A DNA stretch of 64,000 nt from Phallusia mammillata (lineage: Eukaryota): positions 20,150,001 through 20,214,000 of the forward strand of contig OZ281497.1 in NCBI GenBank assembly GCA_965637545.1, in the 5' to 3' direction. Positions 13,367-28,300 of this stretch are shown one piece after another. A program made the translations under genes and the position numbers. Below the pieces are notes generated by a model. The model searched no databases. It saw only the letters and a program-made list of their open reading frames with translations, and had not been told where the DNA came from. How positions within the stretch are numbered: the first letter of the stretch is position 1; the number at the start of each line of letters is the position of its first letter.

Positions 13367-16300
13367 TCAACCTGCAACCAACAGTTCGTCAAAACATCGT
13401 TCACACACGCGCACTGGGTTCTTGGAAGCTGCCACAGTGGCGGTTCGCGATGAACATTCGGCACAGAAGATTCCTCCACAGTGACGACAGTGATGACGTC
13501 GTACCGTGAGAGTGAATCCCCGGCTGCAGGCCGAGCACTGGGGGGCGTGGCGGTCATCAGTCCACTGGCGTGAAATCGTTGTGGTGTGTTTTACCTGTTA
13601 AACAAGTCATATTTAATGCACACGCACTTTGCAACTAAAGACTGGGGGCAAGCAAATAAACTTATGCCCAAACATACAAATAGACAATTAATTGATATAT
13701 TTGAAACATCCTTGAACGCAAGCAGGTGCAAGTTAGCAAATGGATTAATTATTTGCTTCAGGAAGCAAGTTTGCATCCAAGACGGGATTCTGTTGTTCAT
13801 TGGAGGTGGCAATTAGTTGCAAAGAAAGCGAAAAACAGTCTAGAGTCTCCCGCGGTGATTTAACGATTTTAATTTCCGCAGGCGTTAGATAACGGCCGGT
13901 AAATACTACCCGTGATTATTAAACAGTAGTAGTAAACTTCAAAGAACTGAATTTAATTTGCAACACAAAGGTTAGAAAAAGTTTTGGTTCAAGTAAGGTC
14001 CGTTTAAAATCAAATAGTTTGTGACAAATAAGTGCATTCTTACTTGCAAAGCTTGATTTTCTCTCCCGAGCTCGTGCATGGCTGAGTGTGCGTCTTCTAA
14101 TTTTCTCTGGATGTCAGCAATCTTGGCACGAAGTTGCTCAACCTGTTGCTCGGAGTTAAGGCAGCGCTCCAACAAAGCGCGGCGCTCGTCGGCGTTACTC
14201 TGCTCTGTCGTCTGGTGGCAAAACGACATCAATAAAGACAAATACTCAAATAGACAACCTATATGTAGAATGATTTGCCACAACTTTACCAGACAATCTC
14301 TACATTCTAATGCGTCCTTCTATTTTCCGACAGTATTTTGCAACAACTAATTCTTAAAGCAGATAGAATTTTGCAACACTAAATCCTTTTAATTTATGGT
14401 GAAAATACGTAAAAATAAAAAGAACAAAAAAAACATATGACCAATAGCAACTGTGAATACCTGAAGTTGTACGATCTGTCCCTTCATGTCAGCTTTCTCA
14501 TGATTTACAGCTTCGAGTTTTTGGGTTGTTGTAGCCCACTCCGATCGTACAGTGTTGAGATTTTCTGATAAAGCCTTGATTTCCATTTGAAGTCGAGATT
14601 CACTCACTACACGTTCTGCTTCGGCAGTTTCCATTTCCCTACTCTTTTCGTCCTACAATCAATTAAAATTCTTAACTGGTGATAATGGTATGATCAGGCG
14701 TTTGGTAGAGAACAGCCATTTTTTTCCTACTGTAAACTTTATGCTATTGGTTGACATATAGTATACTATATGTATGTCATATAGGGACAATTAGTAGTAA
14801 TTTGTCAAATGGAAGTGATTTTTTTTAATTGATGATAAACAACGAGGTTATAAGTACGCGTTTGCAGGTTGCAAATTCCAGAATGTTCAACAGCAAAAGG
14901 TCTGAGACACTATAGTTTGTCCTATACACAGCAGAATTTCGAGATAGGATACGCTGCACAGCTCGTAACGGTTACGATTTTATTTTGATTTTCAGTTCCT
15001 TTACAACATCAGTTTCGGCGATTTGGTGCAATCTGTTTACACAGTAAATACAAACTTACAATCTGATTTTGAATTTCCGTCAGTTTGTCGCTTTTTGACT
15101 TCAATTCGGTTTCGAACCTTTCCTGGGCTTTCGTGTGTTGCTTCTTGTCGTTGGACAATTGCTCTTCCAGCTTGTCAACCATCGACTGAAGCTCGTCTTT
15201 GTGTGAGGTCAAAATTTCCTGAGCGGCATCCATCGCTTTGATTCGCTCTTCAAGGTTCTTGCTGAAATATTCGACAAAAATTATGGTTCAAATCAAAGTT
15301 GGCTATATCAGAATTGTAAGCAGACCAGAACCCGACTTTTTTAAACGCGGTAAATTAGGTCACAAATGTGACCTTGCCTAACGTCAAGCCCTAATCAAGC
15401 TTATTTTATTCAAACTGAAGCCCAAACCCGAACATGAAAAATCTGGTTCGTCATAATTCTGGGTATAACTACCACATAGATTTCCAGCGCCTAATATTTC
15501 CACATGCAGGAGCTAAAACTTGTTGGTTATTTCAATTACATTGAATATACACATGCTAAGGAGTTCTTTACAACACTGAGACCAAATACCGCATGCACCC
15601 TTTTTCACCCTAAGGTTTGCCAACCTTTGGAAAAGCAGTAGCAACAAAAAACGCACCATTTTTATTTTTGGATGACGGTTAAGTAAAGTATTCGCTATTA
15701 CCGTATCAAGTTTCCGCATGTTCACACAAGAAACGCATTTTTTCAGCATAAGTATTAAAAGATTGTACAACCCAATCTAACATGTCAGCACTAAACAACA
15801 TCAGTTTCTAATAATAAAGCAGTGTTTTTAAGGAAAACGACATCGATTCTACTCACGCTTCAGTTTCCATTTTTTCTTCCAGTTGATTTTTCTCTTCCGT
15901 CATCTTTTCCTGTTCCTTCTTCATCTCGGCAACCATCACTTGGTGTGATTCGCGTTCTGCCATCAAATCGTTCGCAAACGCTCCCTTCTCCTCGTTCAGT
16001 GTCTTAATCTGTTACAAAACAAAAAAAGACGACATTAAAAGAAAAAGTTCATATGTCCCAAGCTGTTCTATTTGAATAAGAAACCGGTACTGATGATCAT
16101 ACTATCAGAACCAAACATTTAGGACATAAAAAATTGTCTAAATTGAAGACAATGCCAAAACTGCCCAAATGCTGCAATGAGGTAAATTCATTACAAAAGC
16201 ACCAAACCTTTACATGTTGACATACGGCTACACTGATGAGACTTTACGGGCGAAATTATTGTGCACTGTCTGCAGGTTACAGAATACAAAACTGTTTTTA

Positions 16301-19300
16301 TTTGAATAACCAAAATTACATGCCCGTGTTTGCATCGGACAATTACATAGGTTTAAACGCTTTGTATGCAAAAAAGCACAAAAAGTCTTACGTGGGATTG
16401 AAGATTTTCTCTATGTTGTTTCCATTCCATTAATCTAGCATCTTTCTCCTGCACAGCTGATTTCAATTGTTCGGAAACCGATGTCAGTTTCTCTTCGGTG
16501 TGATCAAACTCACGGCCCTTTTCTTCCAGTTCAGCCTGCAACACAAATAAGAAGCTTAGTTGCAGTGTATCCCGTATATATATTTACAGATTACAACCAG
16601 AGCTATAATATCGCCCTTGTGTAATAAAAAGATACTCGCAAAAAAACATGGCTTCATTCTCTACAATATTGAAAACGATACAAGAACCTACCGTATGCAA
16701 TGTGACACTACAGCATTTTATTCTAAAATTTTTAGTCTTTTAAATCTTATTTGTTCCCAATTTGTCGATATTTCAGACTCCAGATCGATTATTGCAGTCC
16801 ACGAGTTCCCTTTTCAAAACAGCTGAACAAGAATTCACCTCTAATAACTGAATATATTCCACTTTTTCGTTGAGTTCTTTCTCCATGTCGAGTTTGCACT
16901 CATCCAAAGTCGAGTTTTGCTTCTTCATTTCACTCAACTCCTTTTGAATGGACTCGAGTTTCGAAAGAGTTTCCTCTAGTTCGAGTTGTACAGCTTTTAG
17001 ATTCATGTTCGACGTTTCAAGATCCTCACAAGATTTCTATGCAACAACAAACAACATATCCTACCTTGTTAAAACGACTTTTTTTAGTTTTTATGTTGAC
17101 AAGATTTTGGGACTGTGGTTCAAAACAAAAAGAAACATACTATTTCAAGCTACCTTAGCATTACACGGAATAGTATTTACGAAGAAATTTGTAACAATTT
17201 AAAGCACTTTGTTGGGTAAAGTTTAACAGGTGGTGATTAATGACAGATTCAGGCAACAAAATTAAACACTGCTTTTTGCTTGTTTTCATTGTAATTTTAA
17301 ACCTTTTATTTGTAGCATAAGTTGCCCTCATTTAAACACAGGAACACTGAAGTTGAGCACAACACATTCCCCCATAAAATTATGAAATTTTCAGTGTCAA
17401 AAAACAACCCAAGAGCATTTACTTACATGACAACAAAAGACAACGAAGCCAAAACTTAAAACAAAACACAAAAACACCCACAACTCACCTCCAATTTTTC
17501 CTTTAGATCGCTTGCGTCACGCGCGTGACGTTTGGTATCGGCTTCCTTGTCGATGACGTCACTCTTAAGCATTTCCAGTCGTTCCTCCAGAGCAGCGATG
17601 GAAGCCAGGTGCGCGCAGACCTCCGATGAAAGTCTACAACGACGAGACGAAGCGATGTAACACATTATCAAGCGAAGTTTTCGTGTTGGTTAAGATTAAA
17701 TAAGTTCCCCGCCGGTGGGTGGGCGATTTGTCGCTGATTTGTGTCGCTGAAGGATAAGCTCCGTAGCATCACTGCGTATTTAGCCGGCACACTTGTTTTC
17801 CTATCGCCCTGAGCGTTGCCAAATTACAGTCGCCTCAAAAATACGCCGAATTATTGTAATAGTCAACGAGTTTGGCGATCGGAATGCTAAACGTCAAATA
17901 CTGGCTATCACGCCTGAGCTACAATTATACAATAGTAGAAACGCAATAAACTTTGTGGATTGGATATTCAACGTAACAAAGCTGTCATAGCATGATCGAA
18001 ATAAGCCTTAACACTTATGCGTGTGATACTTCTGCAACTGCCACTAAGTTTAAACGAGTCTTTACTTAAGTTAGTGAAATGCAATCGCTGGAATGTACAC
18101 CACTTTAACTCCTTAACAAAAGACGCTATATCTTTTGCTTGCACACGTGTGTTCAACGACTAGCCGATTCTACTTCTATTTTCACAGGCTTCCAACATAC
18201 ATTCCTCACTAGTGCAAACTTATCATCGCAGACCGAAAATAACTTTCAGACTTACTTGTTTTGCTCCTCTTCGTTGCGCAACGTCATCTCAGCTACCGAC
18301 TTCTTCAACGCGTCGACCTCACTCTGACGCTCAGCTAGTCGCGCTGTTGTGTCACGTGACGTACTTTCCGCATCATTGCGCGCACCGAGCTCGGCATCAA
18401 GTTGCTCGCGTAACGTCTGCAGGTATATTACTCGTAAAATACGAAGCAGTTATACATGCAGGCATTAAATCCAAAATATATTTTCTTATTGTACGATAAA
18501 CCTCGGTTAAACCGGATTCAGTTAATCCGCATCTTCGCCGTATTGGGACAAAACTTGAGGTACAAATGATTTGTAATGTGGTAAGGCTTTCTGGGTCTTC
18601 GCCAAATCTGGACAAAATTTTTGGTACAAACAGGTCCGGATTAATCAAGGTTTACTATAGCTAAATTTATTAACATTTTTTTTAGTTTTTTTTGTAGTCC
18701 GACAAAATACATTACGCAATTTAAAATCGTTGTCGAAACTGTTTTCATTTGAACAATATGTAAAATGCTACAAAAGATATTGCTGTTAGCAACTTAGATT
18801 TAGGCTATTTAATGCTTGTTGATCGTTTTTCAATTTTCCCAACTGCTTAATATGCGAATCACTCACCTTAATTTCTTGCTCAGATTTCTCCATTGTAGCT
18901 TTCATCTCATCTCTTGCTTCATTCAGTTCCTGCATCAGCGACTGTAGCTTGCTCTCATTGGATGCAAGTTCGCTCTGCTTATGTTCGATTTCTTTTCCGA
19001 GACTCGATTGTGACGTCAACATGACCTCTTCAGTTTCGCGCAGCTTCTGAACTAGCGAATCGCGATCTTTTGTTAAATCCTGATGCGACCCCTTCAATGT
19101 TTCCAACTGGATTCGTGTCTGCGAAAATAACAATCCGAACCATTTTTTATGTGATTACAAACGCTGAATACCAAAAAACTACCCAGTAATACACTTTAAC
19201 AGAAAGACAAACTCAACAACATAGAAGTTTTTACACCAACTTCTGCCACGTGCTAGATCCACAGAGACATATGGGATTCAAAACGCCAAAAGATGCAAAA

Positions 19301-22300
19301 ACTTGCATATTGTTACTACAATCCAATATCATTCACAGTCTACTACAATGCGTTTCGTCTTTTACCTATAACAAGTACGTTCCCAATTGCGGAGAGTTTA
19401 TGCCTTATTACGAAAACAAGACAATTGTTGAAGTCTTGAAACCACAAATATGAATATGTTTTGGCAATGGGAGGCCTTGTTTCATACACTATTGGCTAGC
19501 AATGATTTTGGTTTGGAACTTTAGAGAAAGTAAGAGACCCTCGTGCATTTGGGTTTCGGTTAAAAATGTACCTGTGTTAGTTGTTCATCCACATTCCCAC
19601 GTTCCGTTTCTTCAGTAGCCAGTTTTTGTGCCAATGAAACACCTTTTTCTTTTTCATCTTTCAAGGCAACTTGCAGCGATTCAACTCTGAACGAAAATAA
19701 ACGAATTTTTTACGAATATTTCTTGAATAGCGTTTTGCGACCATTTTAAGTCACTTTTGATGTACAACGCAAAAAACAAAATTCCTACTTTTCTGCGTGT
19801 CTCGTTTCCATGACAACCATTTCCTCCTTCCTTCTCTCTACCTGCTTCTGTGCTTCATCTTTCTCGTGCTCAAGCTCCCTTTTTACCCTCTCTACTTCTG
19901 CTTCGAAATTGTTCCGCTGTGCTTCACTTTTATCGAGCGATCCACGCAGGTTGGCGACCTCCACACTGTGATCCTGCTTCAGTTGGTTTATCTGGGTCTG
20001 CAATCGAAAAAAAAATCATCGGTTTAAGGACCGCAATCCATTTTTTTTTCTACTGTGGCTTTCACTGAATTATTGTAGAACGACTAGTGGATAAAATAGT
20101 ATTGTTAAAAACTGCTACTAATTTAATGCATTTTATGGGTAATAGCTAGGGATGGGCCGAGCCAAACCAGAAACCGAGTACTCGGTACCGAGCATCGCTG
20201 TTTTTGCTGCTCGGTGCTCGGCCGAGTAGTTGCACAAACTGACCCGAGCACCAAATTTGCATATCATACCCTGCTAACATACGTAAGTTTTGTTCGAAAG
20301 GGTACACAAGAACAAAAATGACAGTTTATTTAAATGCGTTAAGATTGTAAAACAAACGCATACTACTGGGTCTGCTTAAATACACCACTGGTGACGTAAG
20401 CGACCTTGTAATGCTAAAACTAGCGTGGACAAGGGCAGTGTTTTTTTAAGGTGTTTTGGGGGACCGAAACGGTCCCCCAAATTTCTCCAGCGGTTTCCCA
20501 AAATGGCTATTTAAGCAAATATGGCTATTTTTGGTATTAAAATGAAACACTTGCGGTCTCTTAAAACTACTTAGCGGTCACCCAAACCAAACCCTAAAAA
20601 AAACCCTGAACAAGGGGATGTTAGTGACGTCATAATGCACCCGAGCGTGCTCGGCCGAGCACCGAGCATTAACGTGAGATGCTCGGTGCTAGACCAAACA
20701 GAACACTTGTAATTTTGGCCCATCCTTAGTAATAGCTATAGTTTTATTGGATTGTTGGAACACGATGCTTTAGCAAAATGCTTAACTGAAAAATTATAGG
20801 TTTACATGGTAATGCAATAACGGACATCAGCCTAGGAACGTGGCCAATTTAATATTCCTGTCAGCCCTACGAATCTGTCTTTAACTATCAAATATCGAAA
20901 ATTACTCAAGAATGAATTATCAACAAAAAGATGAACCTTTTGAGTTTCTATGTTGGCTTTCGCTGTCTGCAAATCGTCCTTTGATTTTTGAAGCTCTTTC
21001 ACTTTCTCGTCGAGCGATCGTTGAACGGAGTGCAGATGATTTTCGATGTCTGCTCGCTGTGTCACATTGGCCGCCTGTGCACCCAGCAATAATTCACCTT
21101 TCGTCTGTAAAGAAGATTTTCTTCGGTCACTTTAAGCATGATTGGTCTACCAAGAGCGGTAAGCCGGCCGGGTTCGGGCTCGAGTTTTAATAAAACGGGC
21201 TTGAGGCCTAAGTTTTAATTTGGCATCATTTTTGTTTCCACCAACTATCGGGCCGGGTTTGGGGCTTGTACTTTCAGGTTTGGGCCCTAATTTCAAATCG
21301 GCTTCCAACTTTGCACCTCAATTTTAATATTGATAGTCTGTCAAGGAATTGACTGGTTTGTACAGTTGATACAAATTACCTTCAGCTCAGCTTCAGTTTG
21401 TAAAAGTTTCTCTTTCTCCACGTTAAGCGAATCTTTAAGCTTGGCAATTTGCTGTTCAGATGCTTGAAGCTGTTCCTCGGCCGAGCTAAGACGCAAGTTG
21501 GCGTCAGAGAGCTTGTTGGACAGCTCTCTCGTTGTTGCGTTGTGTTCACTAGAGGCGAAAATCGGAAACAAGACATCTTAATCACGTATTTTTTCTTGCC
21601 CACTGAAATTTTTAACTCCGCACTATCGTCAAGAGTTTAAAAATGCTTTTTTGGGCAGCAATATGGCAAAGTACTACTATATAATAATGTGTATTAACCT
21701 CAAACTAACGGATGCAAATGGGTCCGTGTAGGTTTTTTTCTGAGAATTATACAAAGTAGTTAGGCATAAAAACACGAGCATTTGTTTTTACATCGTTATT
21801 TCTTCATCTCGTAAGTTTTTAAATTGGAATTAAAAAAATCCCACTTTATATGGTTTACAATCGTGTTAATAGTTTCAGTCCATTCCTTATACACGTTTGA
21901 TAGGGACAAAACAGAAACTAACTCAGGCCGAGAACCCAGAAAAAAACACGCGTAAGAATTGTGCAAACTAAATGTTTTGAAGAATCAGTTGTAATCCTGA
22001 CCTATACGTCAGAATATACCAAAAATAAGCCACAAAATGTTTACCTTGATTGTTCGCGAAGCTTCTGTTCTGCTTGGTCCTTAGCTCGCCTCAAAGTGTC
22101 GTTTTCCTCACCAAGCTGGGCACGAGCTAATGCTTCTCCCTCGCCCGCTTCCATCTGTGCAATCAAATGTCCACGTTCCTCCCTCAATCTACACCACACG
22201 GAAATAAGATTCTTGGTGAAACCGTTTCACCATTAGTGAAAGCAATATACCTTGTAGACACGGTTTATAAACGTCTACAAAATATCAATCCACTGTAGAA

Positions 22301-25300
22301 CGTGATCCTAAATAGGCAAGGGGGTGTGTGTAAATGAATTTTGGAAAGGGGATTTGGTTAACAAATTTAAATATTTACCCTTTAACAACATCACAGTGTC
22401 AAACAGAAAATACAATTGCGAAAATAGTGTTGACCACTAATTTCATGATGATCAGACCAAGATGCTTTTCGCCAACAACCGAAAAAAGAGTGTTAAACGT
22501 TTTGCACCAGACCTCACATTAAACTTGCCTGATGTAATTTTCATAACTTTTACAAAATGCTAACATAGACCTAGAGTAGCCTATCAACTGCCTAATTGTC
22601 CAACTTACTTCTTTGCTTCCTCTACCGCCGTTTCCCGTCGACCCATCTCGTCATCCAGTTTTGATTCTGACGTCACAAGCCTTTCCTAAAATACACCACA
22701 GCAATTGTTATGTTTGATTGTTGTGGAAAATGGAAAAGTACGTTTTTGTTAGTGTAGGCGAATTTGCTGTATACTAAAATCAAAGTTCTTGACCACATAC
22801 ATTTAATCCTTCGATTTCCTGCAAACGTAAATTCATCTCGGCGTTGAGCGCGCTGATCTTGTTATTTGCATCTTCTGCATCTTTTCTCACATCAGTTAGT
22901 TGTGTTTCGATCGTCTCCAAGCTTTTCTGTTTGGTTTTCACTTCATCCTCCAACTGTGCTTTCTGTAAAAAAACAAATAAGTTTGAAGAATTAACTTCTA
23001 TTTGGTGTTCAGTGTTTTCCTTGTTGCAAAAAACTATATTTTTTGCCCAACTATATTTTTCTTCCTTTGTAGCAGAGGTTCTCAACCCTTTGTTCGCACA
23101 TATATTTTTCTTCCTTTGTAGCAGAGGTTCTCAACCCTTTGTTAGCACCGGAATCCTTTTACAAATTTATTAGGTTTACGAAAACCACGTAAAGTTACCA
23201 TAAGCTCTTTATAGGAACTTGCTTATATTTGTTTGTCTTCACGGACCCCCTGAAAAGTCGAAAGCATGGGAGGTCCAGAATTCCAAGTTGTGCTTTATAC
23301 CAAAAACTATTACTTAGCTGTATATAAAAGACACTTCAGAAACATAAGTACAATTTACCTGTAGTTTGAACTCAACCAGCTGCCTTTCAGCTTCCAGAAG
23401 TTTATGCTGAGTCGATTGTCTTTCTTCTTCAAAAATCTGTTTCGCTTCAGACTGGCTCAAGGCTAGAGTTTCAGTTTGTTGTAGAAGCTGCAACACCAAC
23501 AAAATTTGTTAGGATACAAAAAACATATTTCTTTCTTGGTATCGCAAACCTGTTGGTTGTCAGCTTCAGTTGCTTCAAGTTTAATTTTAAGTTGAGCAAG
23601 TTCAATTTCAAGTTGGTGTCGTGTAGAACTGCTGTCTGATTCAAGTTCACGGTTGGTTGATCTAAAACAGCAGGTTGATATGCACAACATTTTTTGGTAC
23701 ATGTATTTTTTGAGTTTTTTTTTAACCTAAAATCATTTGTGTTAGTCCTGGGTTTATCCAGAGTCAGTAGACAAAATAAGTAAGTATTTTTGTTAATGTT
23801 TCATAATTTTACAAATCCATTCAGTCAGCAGAAACCATACAAGACACAAAAGGTTAATGCTGTACAAATAATATTTAAGAGAGTTGACTATGTACAGTTT
23901 ACCACAAAACTGTTGAGAAAATTCCAACCATACAAAAGTTAGTTAATATCAGTGGTGGGATTCAGTCGGTTCGAACTGGTTCTATAGAACCGCCTCACGA
24001 AATTTTATGAGATCAGCGAACCAGTTAACATTACTAGTTACTTTCAATGGACTTTTTGTAACAGAACCGACCGAAAAATATGACTTTTGTGATAGAACTG
24101 GCTGACAAAAAAATTGAATCCCACCACTGGTTAATATATAACCAGCTAAGAATAGAAGTAAAGGCCAAGCGTAAAACTTATTTCTACTTCAACAAGGGTG
24201 CTTACTTCTGTCAAAGTTTTATGCTCATTTATAGCTACCAATGGACACTTACTGCAGTTCATCACATCTGACTTCCAGGTGATCACTTTTGTGTTTAAGT
24301 TGTTCCACCACTGTTTGTGCTTCTCGAAGTTGGAGTTGTATGTCATCTTTTTCTGATACAAGTGAAGCAATTCGGGCATCTTTCTCAGTTGCAGCAGTCT
24401 CAGCTTGCGACTTGTATCTAAAATAATTTCATGTATGTAATCAAACAACTTCAGATTTTACATTACATTTTGCTTGGAAACAAGAAATCTTCAATATAAC
24501 ACATTCGGCATAAGTTTTTTGTTAGATTGTCAATTAAGCAACTTTTTGAGGTTGTGTCTAGACTTTCTGAGACTTGATTAAATGGAGTTACTTTAAAACT
24601 AAACTAAAGACAAATATTCCAACCTTTCCAATTCATCTTTAAGTGACTTTAGCTTTTCTTCAGCAGCAGTCTTTGCATGATTAGTGCTTTCAGAAATCAG
24701 CTGAAGCTCTGTATACTTGGTTTTCATTTCTGATGCTTCAGAAACATGATGCTCCATTTCTGTCTTTAACCTGGAGTGTTAAACAAACAAATGATCTTTT
24801 AATACCCGACAATTAACAATGAAATGTTTTCCTTTGCAAAAACAATTATAAAACCCAAGGGTGGGTGTTTGTATTAGTTATGTAAGATTAGTTGTTTTTC
24901 ATCAGTGGGTGCGCACAGTTTTTGTTAGAGGTTTAAAAAATGCTAAATAACTTAGGATAGAAATTTAAAAATTATTTATTTTAAATAAGGAAGGTGCAAG
25001 AATTGGTTGGTAATTTCAAAGAGGGAAAGATAAGGAACATAGAAAAAACTGCCTTAGCTTTATTTAAAACTGGTGTACTCTAATATAGTTAACCTGTTTA
25101 ACTCTGCGACCAGACTAGATTTTTCCTCATCTTTATGTTTGGACTCCACCTGAAGTGTGTTTGCTAATGCTCGTAACTTCTCAAGATCAGCAGTCACTAG
25201 CTTAAGTTCCTCCTAAAATAAATTATATATGTATTTATAATGACTCATAAAGCACATATTGATACAATAAATACCATCCTCGAGATGGGGTCAAAATACA

Positions 25301-28300
25301 CAATACTGGGATACCGAACAAGATTGAAAACATTTTAAGTCTAAGTACAGCAGTTTTAGTGCTTTGGAAAATGTGATGCAGCATAAGAGTAAAATTGTAT
25401 GAGAAGGTTAAACTTTGCCTCCGACTCCAAAAATTCCTTATCAGGCAGTTACAAACTTATCTTTTTATCAATGATTTGTTAAGATCCATGGCACCAAGCT
25501 AGTTAAGCATATTATTGAATTAAGCAGTTTGCTTGTATGACCATCCATGCCAGTAAATTGATCATAAACCAATTTTTTCAGGGGGCGAATATTTAGAGTA
25601 CCTTACCTGTCTTTTCAGTTCATTTTCACTGTGAATTTTTTGCAGTTCATCCTTATGTTGCTGGAAAAGTTTAGTAGACTCATCTTTAGCTGCTGCAGTT
25701 TGTACATTCTCCATTTTAAGACGAATATTTTCTGCCTGAGTAACATATTCTATTTTAACAAAACGAAACGGGTCGAATAAGCAACGAACCTTTACCACAT
25801 AATCAGGTTATTTTAAAAAACAAATGCTCTAAAACGTTCCTAGAATTAATACAAAAAAGAAATGCTATAGTCTGAACAAGAATGTTAAGCTTTTCTTTTT
25901 TGTTCATCCGACAAGTATAACAAAGTCATATGGAAGTTAAAAGTTAAACTAGTGGTTGGTTTTATCAAGATATTTTGTACTTTACACATATATATTGTTT
26001 AGTAACCTTGCAAAGCAATTCATTTTGTTTGCCGAATTTAAAGTTTAGGTACACCTAGCACTCATGCAGCATTAACACCCACCTTGTACTGATCAAAATC
26101 TTCCTGAACTAACTGAGCTTTCCTCCTTGCTTCGTCCAGCAGAGTCTGGAGATGCTGTCTTTCTTTTTCCACTTCATCACTTTTCTTCTCGCTCTCTAAG
26201 CTCATTTGATCCATAAGAGTCTGAACTTGCACTAGTTCCTTCTTGAGCACCATCACATCATCTGCTCCTGGCCTTTGGATCTGATTTGAAAAACACAAGA
26301 TGAAAAAGCTAATTAATACAGCTTGCAGCAATTATAAAACATATGATTTAATCACTGCTGCAAGGTACTAATTGTTTTGTTTTGACATTTTTCCACAGGA
26401 GGAAGTATTTGGCACACAATCACACATAGCTAAGTTTTTAAAAATCATTGAATGAAGTAATGAAATAAAGAGTCCTGGCCACCGATATACATGAAAACAG
26501 ATTATATCATGGAATAATCATGAAATGAAGACTTAGAATAAAGACCCCTGACCACCAAAAACTGTTTAATGCTTTTGTAAAAACAGGTCATCAGCTGTTA
26601 TTTATATCAGGGAATAATCATGGAATAAAGAGACCGCACACAGATAAGGATTTAATGCTTTTGTGAAAACAGGTTATCAGCTGTTATATTATGTACAAAC
26701 ATTATTGTTTACATGGCAGGCATACATGAGTGTTTTACTATTGGCGTGGAATGTAGCCATTGGGGCTATCAGATGTAACAAAACCACACAGGATACTGTA
26801 CTACCATGGTGCACAAGGAAAACAGCAAAAGTTGGACCAATGTGGGTTCCAATTTTAAGACAAAGCAACTCATACAAAAATCAGTAAAATCATATTCAAT
26901 TGTGTTTTTGTCTGTTTTCAGTCGGTATATTTTTTGTTTATTGCAGCAAAAATCACAATAACAATTCGCCACAAACTTTTTTAAAACATTAATACCTTAT
27001 TCATTGCAAAACAAAATCAATCAGGCAAATCAAATGTAAACTTAGCAAAACTATACCGGTACTGTTAAATTAGCCTCTTTAATTTAAACAACAATAAAAA
27101 TCGCATTGATTCTGATAACACTGTTACCAGCAGAAACAAAAGTTCACTCTGTGTACCTCATAGGTTCTCTACAAAACAACTGTAGTAAACATTCAGTTCA
27201 ATCAACAACAAAAAATACAGAATGATTGTGGAGCGTATCATAATCACATTCATAAGCAGACAATAGCATTTACCTTTAGAAAACTTTCAAGGCTTACACC
27301 TGGGGGCTGAAAAAAGTTTATTACGTTAACCTTTAAAAATTGAAGTCCATAAAAGTTGAATAATATTTTCACAGATTGTTACTCTTTTTAAACAGCAAAC
27401 TATTTACAAAGGGAATTTTAAACTGACAGAGGAATCAAACCCACCAGTTGTGATTCAAGGTCTCTGATCCAACCAGCTGCCTTCTCCAACTCAACACTTT
27501 GGTTTTTGCTTCTTTCTTCTGCATCAGCTTTTTCACTGACAGCATTATCTTCAGCAGCCTTTGCTTCTGTACATACAAATTATGTTGACTTAGAACAAGC
27601 CCACAAACTATATTTTAACATTCCAACAAAATTGTGCAGAATATATTACCAACATTATTCCAACCCTAAAAAAAAACAAGATACCTGCAGCAATTTTTGC
27701 AGAAGCAGCAGCTTTCTGTTCAAGATTTTGCTTTTGTTTTGCAAGCTCCTCATTTGTGGCAACAGCTATCTTCATTTGCTGTGTAACCACCTCAAGATCT
27801 TAACATAAAAAAAAACACAAAATTAATACCTTTGCAGTTTTTTATTGAACAATGCAACTACCACAAACAAAACTGTACGCAATATCCAAAAATCTAGCTT
27901 AAATCAAAATATCATGCATACCATTGGTAAGTTGTAGCTTATCTTCTTTTAAAATCTCCATTTCCTTCTTAAGTTCTTCACTATACCACTTTTCTTCACA
28001 TAATGATGCCTTCAGATCCTCTACATCACCTTTTAAGATGTTGACTGCTTCACCCTCACTAATATTGTTGTTAAAGAAAACAAATGATCATATTGTGGTA
28101 ACATTGATTAGGGGTTGTTTATTTTTGTACACCAGTCAAATTGGTATTTATGTTAAAAGACACAAAACATAAGCACACAAATCATCTTTTTTATGCACCG
28201 AAACAAAGACATTTTTTCTTGTCCACAAACTGACTTTTGTTTTTATTGTGTAGTTGCAGTGGGCTTACCATCTTTCCAACAATTGTGCCCTCTAATTTGT

